Assembly (NCBI GenBank): GCA_051362555.1
Contig: CM120640.1
Span: 51,748,788-51,812,787 of the forward strand
Source of the DNA: Lingula anatina
Lineage: Eukaryota; Animalia; Brachiopoda
Direction: 5' to 3'
Length of the DNA: 64,000 bases
Below are positions 50,243-64,000 of the stretch, piece by piece. The notes beneath the pieces are model-generated. The model was not told where the DNA came from. It was given only the letters and a program-made list of their open reading frames with translations, and made no database searches. The stretch's first letter is position 1; each line of letters begins with the position of its first letter. The position numbers were made by a program, and so were the translations under genes.

Positions 50243-53200
50243 CCCTTCAAAGCTTTAGGGCTACCAGTCTTAACGTTCTACCAGCCCGAACACAAAACCA
50301 CCTGCCTCAAGTGAAAGTGATCAAATGCCAAAATTAAATGCAGCCACATACTGTTTTAGCACATTAAACCAAATTCAGACGTTTTCCAAGTTAACGAGAT
50401 ATTCTAAATATCGGAAAAGTAATCTTTCACTGGTTCGACTAAAAATTATCTAGTTAGAAGCATCCTGTTTCATCTCACTGGGTCGTCTTCTTCTTAATGC
50501 GTTTGGGATTGTGCTCTATTTGTATAATGCATGTATATCATAAGGATAGTTTCTTGAATTGATCCATTAATGCTTTGATCCATCTATGATATTGGTTTGA
50601 AGAATTGTCCTATGTCACTTTGCAATATGTTGACTGTGGGCCCCTTCAGTAAACCCTTGACTTTACTTCTACGCAATTTCTGTTACATCCCAAAAATATG
50701 CAGCATAAATCACTTACTTCCCTATAACTAACTATTTTATCTTTTTTTTAAATTATATTTATTTGAAGCTCAAAGTTAAAATGTGTTGACAGTCATACCA
50801 ATTGGTCGGGGTGTAATTGCTTGTCGTTATTGTATGTTGATACCCTGATCTCACTTTACCGCCTACATGTTAATACATGTAGATCTATACAATAAATGAG
50901 GAGCCTTAAGGACCACGCCCTCTTTCTCTTAAGATGTCTAAAAGACTAGCAGCAGCTGTTCAATTATTTATCTATCTTATTTTATTATTGCAATAATCAT
51001 ACCAATAACCATGGTAAATTAAGACTTAAAAACAAGATTACAATACACTGTGTATCATTTTCTGCTGGTGGATTAATAAACCCTTCTCATTTTTTATTTC
51101 GGAAATATCAAAAAGAATGTTTACAGCAAATAGGTTACTGGGTGCGTTCATACAATTCTAGACTTAACAAAAAAAGAAGAAAAAACAGAATATGAAGCCA
51201 TTTAAAATATGAGACTATTTAATAATGCAGCGTACAAAGCGATACTACATTTAGAACAACAGACACATTACAATATTGAAACAGCGGAATAAAAAGGAAA
51301 CTAATTAAGCCGAACTACATAAAACCGGTGTTGTTTCTTTATTGGCGTGGTTCAGCTATATTTCAGTATAAGACAGCCATTGACGGTCTCTGTGCGGTCG
51401 ACTGCAAACACAAAACATGTGTTGTGAGAACATTAGCTGAATACTTGTGGATGGAGTGATTAACGGGAGACTAAAGTGTAATCTTGGATAAGGCACGTCT
51501 TGTGCTCGTATTTTCGCCTTCTTGGAAAACGTAAAAACTGCTCACGCCATAGTCAATGATAAAAAGCAAGATTTATAGACAAAGTTCAATGTTTTTCCCG
51601 ACTGTTGTGCAAAATAAAATCAAACTTGTTTAAGTTTAACGAAAAACAAAACAATTAATTTGTTCTTACGTTAATAAGACCCTAATTTGGTCAGTACAAT
51701 AATACTACGCATACGAGTGCTTCTAGAAGGTAAATCTACCGGGTTCAACAACGTAAGCGGATATCAAGAGGGGTGAGCCCGATGGAAGCACCATTTCCCT
51801 TTGTCCTACCCAGATGCTGTGGCAAAACAACCTGTTTCTTTGAGGTCGTGACTGAGTTGTTAATATTTCGGCCAGCCAGATGCTCGCTTCCAGCCTAATA
51901 ATAGACTTGAGTGAAATGCACAGTGTACATCCTGGAATTTTTTTTTTTTTCAATTTTAAGAAATGAAAAACATGCCCAATTTTCTACCCACAAAATGTTT
52001 TTTTTTTCACAACAGTTTAATACACGATGCATATCCCGAATCAAACTACCCATAATTTTTACATTCTATAATGTTTCGCAATAGACATGGAGCAGTTAAG
52101 CCTCTTCAGAATCACTTATATCCTCTTATGGAAATTGTCTTATTTCTAAAAGGATGCCGGGAGTATGTTTGGATCACTGGGAAGGACACAATCCTTGCAT
52201 CCAATGCAGGGTAACCCAGGTTTTCTTACATGTGATTGCACCCAATGTCCCAAAAAAGTTCTAGGAGTCAATTCAAAAACACTAAGCACACGGCACACAC
52301 AGCTGCGAACAGAGAGTAAACAAACTACATTGTACATTACACATGTATTACGTATTATGGTGTGACATTAAGTAGTTAGGGATCTGTCATTTACCTTTTG
52401 CACTCTCGAAGAGAGCGTATTACAGCTGTTAAGACAGAAGAGTGTATGGCGTAGGGGTGTCGTGCATATTGTGGTAAAAAGCACGATGCAAAACACGGAT
52501 ATTTTGTGTAATTGTCGACCGCCATTAAAAGGATAAGTCATTATGCAATTTTAAAGGGAGTGTTTATTTGTTTGTGATTTTTGAAAATGGTCCACGTGAC
52601 ACGAAGAAACCAATATGCTAAGTAAAACTTTACAAATGATTTTTTTAAATCTTATTTTAATATACATTATATCTAACGCATATGATTCACAGTGCTCAGC
52701 TTGAAATAACTTTACACTGATTGCCACGACCTTTTTTATTTTGAGTCAACTCAAGACGATGTATCCTTTTTCCGCAATACATGTATATATTGTTCACATA
52801 TAATACGCTTCATTTCCAATATCGATACAGTAAGAATACCCGATAAAGCCAAACATTTGTTGAAGTCTATTTTGGTTAATAGTTTTGCCCAAGCCTTTGA
52901 CCACACCAAATACCACAGCAATGCATTGTCACGTAATCCAAGCTGAGAAAAATCATTTTACGATTTTACTTCCTCTAATTATTTAGACCAGTTCTTCCTT
53001 GTCAGGACAGGGAAGAGTTGTGAAATACTGTCCTACCGAGGAAGGACTGAGCACATTCAATGACTTTGTATTTTTTGAAGATCCAAGATTAAACATTTGA
53101 TAGGTTTTCTTTATCCAACAGCTATTTATACAAGAAAATGAAAATGCGCCTTCCTATAATTTCATCATCTCATTTCCGTGGTCAAATGTAACCGAAAAGT

Positions 53201-54930
53201 TAATGTATTATATAGCAGTACAAACCTTATTACCCGAAATAGCTACTGATAAAAGAAAAATAATGCTAAAATGTAAACTCTTTGAGTTAAATTGGCTTGA
53301 GGAAAAACAACCCTGTGTATTATTTTTCGTCTTAATTGTCTTTCCTTTCGGTTGTAACGCAGCGTCATCGTTATTTTTACTCCCGCATAATCATTCAATA
53401 ATTCGTTAACCTGCACCCTTTATCGAGGGGCAAAACAATAGAATTCTACTTATTTTTGGGGGACATGGCATACGTAAATCCTGTGGTAAAAACGAACAGG
53501 ACAAACCTGACCAAAACACGATAACACTGTAGACTACTTCCCTGCAGTGTCATAACTGTCATTTCAAACCGCAGTCAACAATAATAAAATTGATGAAAAG
53601 GCACTTCATCACCTATCAAATCTATCATGTCTCATCTCGTCATACATTAAGTGACTGGGAAAACGCAATTTCCTCAGATTTCCTAGGAATCGCATGCCAT
53701 ACAAGCCTGCAATGATAGTCATTCTATGCTGATTAGCTTACGTCAGTACACTTAACTATATTTATATATATATTACCGAGAGAGCATATGGAAGCTTGTA
53801 CTGGGTCCTTTACAGAAACAAGCGCAAAATTGTCAAAATCACAATGATTATCTACTCGCACTTCAGTGTTTTTTTATGTTGACGCCGCACTTGCCAATTG
53901 TGTCAGTTGAGACAAACGCACTTGCTTGACTACAAAATGTGCTGACATGCGAAAGAAGCTAAAATCAGAGCCACAGTAAATTAACGCACATACACTTTTC
54001 TTTTTGTTGGACACATTTTGATTAATAACCAACTAAATCCCTTGTAGATTTCTATCGGCATTTATCTCCTTCTTGGGGATAATTACTTAGGGCAAATTTC
54101 ATGCACTTCGTTTATCTATCATTGACAGGGCTTTTTCTAACTCGAGCCTCAGATTTGTGAGCACAAATGCCCAAATTAATGACTCCAGCCACGAAATACA
54201 CTATCCTAACATAAAATAACTTGCCACAAGCACAGCGTTTCATTACACAAACCGTTTATCCGCTTATCTAACCGTTTGATACGTTCCATAACTTCCATAT
54301 GAGCCGGAGACACATTGACCTTTTTAGTACACCAGGTATCGCTTTTAGTGACAATTTTTCCCGCTTGGTGAGCCACTTGACGGGGCAGCAGGCCCTAGAC
54401 TGCGCGTGATGGAGGGATCGGATTTTTGTTGTGTGCCTGGGCAGGGGTGGATCCAGGATTATTTGAAGGGGGGGGGGGGGGGGGGGCGCAGATTGATAAA
54501 GTTGAATTTGTCGTTCCTCTTGCCGCAGTCCAAAGCGTTTGTATTAAAAAATCAATAACAGTGTCCTCTGCCACTGGTTGTAATGAAACCTTTTTATGAC
54601 GCGCAAAACGCAATCCGAAATTCGATGGTTCGTGTCAGATTTACGTTAAGTCGCTCAAAGAAAGCTCAAGTACACATAATGACCAGTTAAGCGGTTGACG
54701 CTCGCAAACTGCATGATCTACGTGAAGTCTTCATCTTCGGAACCCTCTCCCATGACTCGCGACCGTCTCCTTAGTATATTAATTACATGTAAGGCCAAGT
54801 GTAGCTTTTTAGTGACAACTTTTCCCGCTTGAGGCGCCACTTGACGGGACAGCAGGCAAGCTAGTCAACGTTTAGAGATGTAAAGTGAAGAAAACAAACA
54901 CTATCTAATGAAGAAAAAAAAAAAAAAACG

Positions 54931-55152
54931 GTGAAAGAACTTAAAACAATTTTGAAAAAATATGGCAAAAATGTAAGTGGAAGGGGGGGGGGAGAACAGT
55001 TGATTGCAAGAATGAATACCATTCGCGACCAAGAACTGTATATTTCACATGATTGCTTTACCGATGAAAAATTGAGAGACTTACAGTGGAGCGCTGATTT
55101 GGGAGATGGTCCACCGTGTCCAGTTCACAATAATACCCCCGAGACATGTTAA
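54931..55152 (+). pseudogene. Degenerate SAP-domain ORF remnant, probably transposon-derived
   Basis: VKELKTILKKYGKNVSG....QLIARM fits the SAP consensus (V.EL+..L+..GL..SG.K..LI.RL). No ATG start or splice support, and the ORF is short. Confidence 0.4.
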
Positions 55153-57357
55153 ATAATTTTAATGGAGTCGCTTGCTTGCGCGCTCGACTCATTTTATGAC
55201 CTTACAATTCAATCTATAAGTTCGTCGAACCTCGAGGCAAAGACGACAATTTCATTGTTATAGCCTATGTGGTTTGTTTCTTAAGTAACAGCGTGTTCAA
55301 ATGTAGTGAAGTCGAACACAAGCTGCTACTACAAAATGCACAAAATATACTTAAAATGACAAAGAATATTATTGCAAGACTTGAAACACGACTTACAGTT
55401 ACAGTGTATGTTGATATATCTAACGCAAAATGCAGAGAATAATGAATAAGAAAAAAAGAGATTGGAATTCATCCAAAAGCATAAAATCATCAATTAATGA
55501 CAGCGAATCGATCCACTTGGAGATTTTTCACCTCTAATCCTCTTCCGAAATAGACTCAGAAGCCGGCACTGTAGTGCGTTACTTGGTGCTTTTTGTAACT
55601 CTTGGTTGTTTTTAGTTCAAATTTCAGTTTTTAGTTTTTTGGCTGCGATTTCACCGCTTCATGTTTAATTTAGTTTATGTCAGCAAATGGAGCATGACTA
55701 GTGTCTTGACAATAACTTCTATCGCCCCTGGAAGAGTCAACAGGATACTGTTTATTAAAAACCGAGAAAAGGGAAAGGGTGTAATACCATCTCGCCTTCT
55801 GCCTACCCTCCATCAGGGCCACAAATTGACTTTTCAGTAGATATACACAGTTATGTACATGTATCTGGCTAATTCACGGTACAATATTCTCTATGCGTTG
55901 TAACAAAGTGCACATAAATAATCTGCAGCCCTGGTAGAGGGTACCTTCTGTTATAAGCATTACTATACATAGTGGACTCGAAAATGGTCGTTTTCGGCTA
56001 GTGGGGCGATTGACGTCATAGCGATAAGAATAGCGATAAGGTAATAGCTGTAGATTTCAACATACACCATTGCTGTATTATAAGGGATTAAGGTAATTAA
56101 CCTGTTAATGTCAACATCAACAGTGAACGGCACAGTGAAAAACAACTAAATGTGAATGATCTGAAGTGCCTTTGAAACTTTCACTTGTGATCGATGATGT
56201 TATCCCCTTGATGAAGACATAGCAATGGCATTTGTGGTTATCATAATTTTGAATAAGAATCATAAATAATGCACATAAAAATGTTTACACACTTCCTTAT
56301 CATTTCAGGGTTTGGTATCTTTGTAAACCCATGTTACAAAATTTCCCATGTCATATCTGTATATTGGATCAAACCATGATGAAAGTTTCTTAATGCAAGA
56401 AGGAAATTAAAGGAAATTGCAAATCATTTATCCATTTAAATTTCCCATTTAACAAATGTAAAAGGTACTATGATGAAAAAAATCCAGTCACACAAAATCA
56501 ACGATGTAAAACTTTACATTTTCAAATTGATTACTTTGACATTCTAAACACCTCTTTTGTAACAATAATTGATTTTAATTATCCTGACAGTTTTTAAAAA
56601 TTTTTGTAGATGAACGAAATATGTCAACAATCCATTTTTTTGGAATTAGAAGTTGCAAAGCTCCGAAAAATGGAATAAAAACTGGCGCACCTGAACAGCT
56701 TGACAATCTCAGGCTTTTGTCCGATATGAAGCAACATGTGAAAAAGTCAATTTTGGGTTTCAATAAGTTAACCTTAAGAAAATCAGTCAATAGTGATCTG
56801 TTTGGTGGTTTATAAAACGGAATCTATTTGAATTTGTATCACAATGGTTATTAACATTACCTTATGAATGTGATTAGCTTACTTGCGTTTTATTTTACAC
56901 TTTTATCCAATATTCTTATCTCTGCCAATTGAAGGACTAGTGAGTGGAGATAGGGACATTTTGATCAATAAAGACAGCAGAAGTTGAACACACACACACA
57001 CACACACACGCTTGAGTAACCAATTATTACAAACTGACTGTGGCTACGCTTTGTGGTATCAAATGGAGCATACCTGTTAAAGGCAAAATGAATAATTTCT
57101 GATCATATTCTTATCCACTGGAAAAAAGTCAAACCGCATGAAAACGGCAAATGTGGTGCCTTCCAAGGGTTGCACAACTTTAAGCAATGTTCAAAACAAT
57201 TTAAGTAGTTTAAAAGTGCAATCATTAGATACGGATGCGACCAGGTGGGAGGCTTGAAAAGGCCTAATGCTTGTGCACAAGTTAATGAAATAATAATGAT
57301 ACATTTTACGAATTTTGGACAATTTTGAGAGCTTTGCTTATTCACTTCCCGGTACAT

Positions 57358-57361
<4 letters not shown>

Positions 57362-57404
<43 letters not shown>
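57362..57404. repeat. (AG)n microsatellite
   Basis: Read directly; explains the SLSLSL ORFs. Confidence 0.95.
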
Positions 57405-57406
<2 letters not shown>

Positions 57407-58287
57407 AAAAGTGAATGCTGTCACAGATTTGGTCCTTTTTATCTTTAAAAGTGAATGTAGGATGTAGTAGAAACAAAAAGCATAGAGAACATTTTCTTTT
57501 TTGAAACTTTCAAAAATAATTTGTACCGAGAATACATACCAATCTACACCGATCATAAAACGATTAAAATGAAGACTAGAAATCCTGAAATCAGGCATAA
57601 TCCTGAAAACTTCACCCATGTTCAATAATGCGAAATCAATATTTTCATGAAACTTCAAACTGATCTAAACGAAAGAACAACTTAGTGACTGAGAAAACAT
57701 TGAAATGGAATGTGGGGATGTCGAAACAGTGAAGATATGGATAAAACATCTTTAAAATAATAAAAAACATTCGCAACAAGTTCTAGCTTTAGACTGTTTT
57801 CTACCCTGTGTCATGTCAACTCTCCGCTACTTTCATATCAAGTTCCACTGCTCTTTATCCATTGATTTACAGATCAATATTGTTTTAGGTTACGAAAACA
57901 ACAATAACATGAGCATGATTCACAATAAATCGGTTCAAGTGGAATTTAAAGAAACATAATTAGCTCCATAGTTTGATTTCAGGTAGGTAAATTATTGAAG
58001 TAATAAAAAAATAATGTCTTTATTTCCTTATAGCTCCTTTTTCAGAAACACCTGTTATTCAACAGCCTGTGTATGATAAACGCAGTCACGGATGACGAGT
58101 ACTTGTTTCCGTTATCAATTTATTGATGTCTATCAGTTGTCAGTTCCTTTTCGCGAATGTTTTAAAAGTTCATACCAAATTGGAGATCGATGTCACTTTC
58201 ACTGATGTCTTAATTTCCGGACAATTTCCACAGACTCACTGAAAAATAATTGTTTAGCGTCGCAAGACACGCCTAGGACGAGGTACT

Positions 58288-58386
58288 TTCGCCGAAATAG
58301 CGGGAATGTCCCAGAAAAAGTTGATGATCTAGATGATACAGTTGGCAACTTTTACCCTCAAGACATCACCAAGGTTTGCTATATAA
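58288..58386 (+). promoter_or_regulatory. Promoter of paralog C: STAT site, NF-kB site, TATA
   Basis: TTCGCCGAA 58288-58296; GGGAATGTCCC 58302-58312 (reverse GGGACATTCC fits GGGRNWYYCC); TATATAA 58380-58386, about 95 nt upstream of the ATG at 58479. Confidence 0.55.
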
Positions 58387-58478
58387 GGTAGGTTTAACAA
58401 GGAATCGACGAACATTATCTTTTACACTGACAACTCAATTGCCGTTTTAAATATCGAACAGGACTACATTTTAAGAAT

Positions 58479-60617
58479 ATGTGTAGACAAGGTGAGTGCG
58501 CATTTTTTTATAATTTTTGTTTCGAGCAAAAATAATCGGCCATATCTGCCAGAGAGCCGTATGGACTACTATATTCCCTTAATGCAAGTTATAAAGCACG
58601 TTCTACCATTCAATTTTATTAAATAAAGTGCATAGTATGGTTTACCATTTTATTGATTTATTTTATACACAGTTGGGTGCACCGGCATCCATATAGCCCA
58701 TTTCAACCATCATTTTGGACTTATAAAACCATTTTTTTATATATTTTATAGCAGTTTTATGTTTTAATTCAATGATTATCAATTACTTATCTTTTGCTAT
58801 TGACAAGGAAATTCAGACTTTACCATCGGTTCGAAAAGGTCTTTTTTACTTGATAGCTACTCCACCCCACAATTACTTTCAATTTATTATCATTATTTAC
58901 TCTTTAAGGGCGTTTCAATATTCATGGATAGTTGAAGTACTCTTTGGGACACACTCTTATAATCATTTTACATAGTAAGCGTAACAAATGTGACAACTTT
59001 TCTGTGACTGCCTTTAACACAACACTGTAACGCACCAGTTGTCTCATAATGACTTTTGCACCTGCTAAGGATCGAAATGTCTGCTTTTAAATATTTAAAA
59101 ATAAACATGAGAAAAAAAAAAAACAAAGAATTACATCAGTTGAGATCCTGGACTATTTTGAGAAAATTTGCATACCACGTTCATTTTGTTTCATTTTTGG
59201 CTCATTATATATTCCGAGCACATTCCCCGTCCTACCGGGCAAATAAATTGCGCTTTGTTCAGCACCTTCGAGACCGATTCGAGAGCAGTTTTATTAATCA
59301 GCACCGTTTATAATAAAAAAAAAATTACAGGTTTAATCACATCAGAAAATAATCATGCCATTCACAATCTTGCGTTGATACCAGTGGACTGGTGTGGTTT
59401 TACTCTTAGTTGGTTTAAGTAGCATTTTTGTCACTCCCCCTTTTCTTTCACATTCCCATTTCATTTTTCTACCTCACTTTAAAAAGGTATGCACTCTTTG
59501 CACTTTGATATTTTGGTCCACTTCTCCTTCTTTATTGACACCGTGAGGCGCTGCTACATATGTTTATACATCACTGGCTTTTTTGAATTTGGCGTATACA
59601 TAATTCATTATAATCATTATCATATTTTAACACACACATGGTAAGTTACCATGTCGCCAAACAGCGTAAGATCACAGAATGCAGCAATAAGGTACGTCTG
59701 TGTACTTGCGGTTTTTAAGTATAACGCGGAGGGCATTCTAAGTTTATTTCTCCGCATAGTTTAAGTGTAATTTACCGTCCACTATTGTGTCAATGATATC
59801 TACGCTTTACAGGTGGCTGCACGTTCCTTGGCGTATTCATACTTATGCTTTACTTCCTCGTCTGCCGAGGAAGGGAACACTCTCCAAAGCCAGTGTGTGC
59901 CACTCTTGCCTGCTCCATTACTCGTGTGATAGAAGTTGACTTCTCCAACCCTTGTGGCCGTGAGTATAACAACAGACTTAATTTTTATATGTATGTATTA
60001 TTAAATCTTTGCATGCATTGTGAAGGACGGACTTGAGGTAAACTGTGTCGTGAACGTGTAAATAGAGATTTGAGTTGTCGCTCTGTGCATTTTCTCAATG
60101 TTATGAAAAATGTTTAGGGTCACCGTAATGTTTTTGAAATTGGCAATCTCTCTGCGAATTATCTTAACTCGAATTTAATATCTTAACACCTTGACATGAC
60201 CAGTAATCCCCGTTTTATGGCCTATAGCCTTTCCTAAAAGCTTATCATAGGGGTAATAAGGATGCGAAAAACACTGAGAAACAAACATGATTTTACTTTA
60301 TAACGGACCCTGGCAGTAATTGAAACCACATTGTGTAGGTATGGTAAACGGCATTTTTTCAAAATAAATACCAACTTGCATTGAAATCATTGTTATATTT
60401 AGTTAGCAATTCATATAGATTATAGTGTGACAAGTACAAGCTGTAAAATGTTATGTTAGCAACTCCTGAGTAGATTAAGATCTTTGTTGGATTTTGTCCT
60501 TTTTGCCCCCCCCCCCCCAGACGCACTATCTAAGCATACGATGTTTGGGGGGGGGGGGGGGGGGGTCGGCTTCGCATCCGTGCCCTCCCTTCAAATGACC
60601 CTGGATCCACCCCTGTG

Positions 60618-60664
<47 letters not shown>

Positions 60665-62011
60665 CGAGAGCGAGCCAACGTAAACACACACGATATTAAA
60701 CACATTTTATCGTTAGACGCATTTCTGATTACATTTGATATGCAAAGATCTATTTTTTTCAGTTTCACCGTGCAAAAGCAACAGATCTACTCCAAAACCG
60801 AAATACCTTGAGAACTTTATTATCGACTTGGGAAAAGCGCGTACCCGGGCAGAGAAACTGTACGGTTTTTATGTAAGAGGAATTTGTATTTTTAAATATT
60901 TTAAACAGAAAAAAAAACGAATGCAGAGTTATAGAATTTTTGTTTTAAAAATGTATTTCGAAAATTTCGATAAAGAGATGTTGCATAATATTATATATTA
61001 TTTCACGAAGTGATACGATTTTATATGCTATGATATCATTTTTAAAATTGTAGCGTGGAAATCTGGGTAACATTATAGCTGACCGTCGACTCACTCGGAA
61101 TCCCAAAAACGATGTTAGATTGAACTGTGAATCATGGACCCGGGAAACGTTCGGTACTATCAATGGCGCTGACGTCCATCTGAACGGGGAAACGGTACGC
61201 TTCTTTTGTTTGGAAAAATAAAGAAAGGGGAGGATCATTTAAGTAAGAATTATAAAAATGAAAATACACTGTGGACAAACGTTGCTTTATGGAAAAAATA
61301 GGCGACACACATTTGTCCACTATTAATGTACTTAATCATCTGACAGACTGTTGGTGTGAATATACTGCAAATCACTACTCCGAATAACTCCATGTTATTA
61401 TAGGTCATAGATCATTTGAATCAAAACAAATAAAAAAAGGAAAACCTGCTGTAACAGCAGTTATCTATATTCTGAAACCTGGCACCGACATTTTTGCTTT
61501 TCTTTGAAAGAAATATAAACCAATGTTAATGGCATAGTTAGCACACTTAATATTCATATGTATCAACCACTTTGCCCCTTTACCCGTTACATTGTCACTA
61601 ACTTACTTCTTTTTACGATTTCAGCTGAAAATCATCCATCATGCTCTGTTGAATTTCACATATCACGTAAGTGACGTTTACAGGAATGCAATTCAAAATA
61701 AGTACTGCCAACCTGGAGACAATGAAGCGCGTGATATACAGGAATTTCAGGAAAATAATATGCTTCCAATCTTGTGTACTATCGACGTAATGAAACGTCA
61801 TCTTCAGATATGCCTTGATTCCGAGATACACGCTCAGGTCAAATCAGCACAGTGGGACAGATGTACAGAGACCAAACACCAAAGGAATGTCTACGGTTTG
61901 GAAGTATTTTATCACGGAAAGTGTCTTCTGTCGTTCCTTTGGGAATCGTTCAACGCTGCCATTTCGAAGCGACCTGACGGAAATACTTATTTTCTGGACT
62001 TTGGCAACTGA
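58479..62011 (+). CDS. Secreted cysteine-rich four-helix cytokine-like protein, paralog C (Unpaired/IL-6-like candidate), 265 aa, 5 exons
   Basis: Exons 58479-58491 (13 nt, phase 1), 59813-59959 (phase 1), 60763-60872 (phase 0), 61054-61194 (phase 0), 61625-62011, all GT-AG and in frame. MCRQGGCTFLGVFILMLYFLVCRG signal; DFSNPCG motif; helix A ..IIDLGKARTRAEKLYGFY|; helix C NMLPILCTIDVMK; helix D QRNVYGLEVFYHGKCLLSFLWESF. AATAAA at 62429-62434. Confidence 0.75.
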
Positions 62012-63340
62012 GGCTTGGCCACTAACTTGTCGCATGTCTTCATTTTGAAGACATGCGTTATATTTTTGAATCTCACATTAATTTTGCCATTAACTCCATC
62101 GTGATACTGACAGTTTGTCTGTGAAGACTAAAAATGCAAATTCGGTGTTATAATTATTAGATTGAGCGTCAGTTTGTGATTGTAATTATGTGCTAAAACC
62201 AGTCAGTCTGTAAGAGTCCAGATTTTGTCTTTGGAAAGTGAACTTATTGTGAGATGCATTTATTTTCATTATAGAAAATACTTTTTCTGTGATTAGCAGT
62301 GATATACACAAATTGTTTTTATTCCAGTTGTTTTTTGAAGAATACTCCATATTGATCAAACGACAATTTTGTACGTTTTATATGACCTTTTACACAATCC
62401 GTTTTTGCTACTATTTGCATGGGTTTTAAATAAATATAGTTTTATTCACAGCAATGAGTTTCTTTATTTTCCATCCGTCCTCCAGCACTTACATTAGGAA
62501 ATACTCTGGCATTTTATTCACCAGCTTACCATGTAGTCTCCGTTGAAAATTTATAGTGCATGCAAGTTTCATCGGAAACGTGTAGTTATAAACTGTACCT
62601 GTAAACCAGAAAAATCCGTTGTCAATTTATTCCTTAGAGGTGTTTTAACATTCTCACTGTTTTTAGTCGTATTCACATCACATATGAATGCATTTGAAAG
62701 GGGTTCAGAGAGACTGTTCAAGCGTGCATCCTTTCAGCAAGAGGTCCCATAGTTCACGGGCATTTACGGCAATTAGTGTGTAAAAAGTACAAATGCCTTC
62801 GAGTTGGCTAAGTGTGTGAGATGTTGACATTACTGACAAGGAATAATTGCCGACAGACACAAAGTGGTGCCGAAATGTTGCAAGGAATTACGTGTTACCA
62901 AACAACAAACTGATGGACACCCATGAATTTCAACTTTGTTTTATCGGGTACCAAGCAAATTCAAAATCCAAAGATCCCATGATCTTCTTTATAAAAGGTC
63001 TGTTCAATTACTGATCAAAACATTTTGTCATTTACCACATTAAAAAAAAAAAAAAAACATAACAATTGCAGAAAATATTAACTTATCTAAAACTAGTATT
63101 GCTTGGCTCGAATCAAATATCGCAGCTGTACAGAATGTCACAGGATTTTCTATGCCTTTGAATAAAATGAAATCACCAAACAGAATGGAAATAAGAAGAA
63201 TACATCTGCATGATGTTTGATATCTAATTACCTACATCACGAAAGTTGTCATTGAGCACAATGGATCCTTGCATGATTGCCTCAACATAGAGCATATTAA
63301 TAACATAAAATTGAATAATTAAAAAAATTACAATTGATAA

Positions 63341-63657
63341 CTCGAGGCAGTCGACGACTCGTGATGTATTTAGGGTTTTAGTTATGAAATAGGTTTTTAA
63401 TTGACCTCGGTACGTATGTATGTTATTATCTAGCTTCTTTTTTTTTCACAGCATTTAACAGTGGTGGCTTTCAGTAAATATAACTGCAGCCTCGAGGCGG
63501 TGAAGATTCGTGATGTGTTTGTGTCACACCCTCGATTATCTTGGGTTTTAATCATAAAACAAGTTTTTAATTAAGCTCCGTTTATAAATGTGCATTAATA
63601 TTTGGCTTCTTCCTTCCTCTCAGTATTCAACAGATGCCAGCTTTAAAGTAAATATAG
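63341..63657. repeat. Diverged tandem duplication (~145-165 bp unit, 2 copies)
   Basis: Both units start CTCGAGGC.G...A.GA.TCGTGATGT.TTT, contain GTTTTTAATT, and end GCTTT..AGTAAATATA. Confidence 0.65.
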
Positions 63658-64000
63658 GAGTAGGCCTATGTTGCTATTGTAGCTTGCCTATAAAAGCGTG
63701 TTTTATACCTCCTATTCGGATGTAGAGAGATAGTAAAGTCGGACAGAAAAATATTGAAAGCGTTTGTGAGCTATTCTGCTTACCAGGCACTTTTGTTTTC
63801 CGTCCACCAAGCTGAAAAATTAGATAAATACGCCCATTGTTTTGTTTAGAATTAAAGGGGTTTTTGTGACTGAATTTCATCGAAATACGTAACTTATAAA
63901 TACAACAATATGCTTCTGCGTCTCAAGTCCTTTGATAATGAAAAGATAATTGGTCAAATTTTTTCAAATATCAGGACCGCTATCAAAATTTGTTTTTATG

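Noticed and set aside
57103-57658. ORFs with SLSLSL runs
   Set aside because: Produced by the (AG)n microsatellite.
48700-58200. Possible fourth cytokine paralog between B and C
   Set aside because: I found no signal-peptide exon, WxxPC motif or helix C/D exon by eye; a profile search would be needed to exclude a decayed copy.

Overview
AT-rich eukaryotic (invertebrate, probably lophotrochozoan; taxon not determinable here) genomic window with spliced genes, so most six-frame ORFs are noise or exon fragments. By reading splice sites I assembled three conserved housekeeping genes with intact frames: TM2D2 (minus, 5 exons), STX18 (plus, 11 exons, head-to-head with TM2D2) and FUOM (minus, 7 exons, tail-to-tail with STX18). 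Flanking this block are three divergent paralogous genes (16.8-18.5 kb minus, 46.6-48.0 kb plus, 58.5-62.0 kb plus) encoding 257-265 aa secreted proteins. They share an N-terminal [WF]-x-x-P-C-[GA] motif, four predicted amphipathic helices with a conserved helix-C cysteine, and homologous phase-0 introns. All have TATA promoters with candidate immune-type sites (kB-like, STAT, AP-1, C/EBP or CRE, varying by gene), and at least one has an AU-rich 3'UTR. My main hypothesis is that this is a cluster of Unpaired/IL-6-like class I helical cytokines (candidate JAK/STAT ligands). This rests on recalled motifs and gene structure, not on a database search. The window also holds several non-autonomous DNA transposons (one nested), microsatellites, a visible CpG mosaic, and probably the 5' introns of an unidentified minus-strand gene at 1-15.9 kb.
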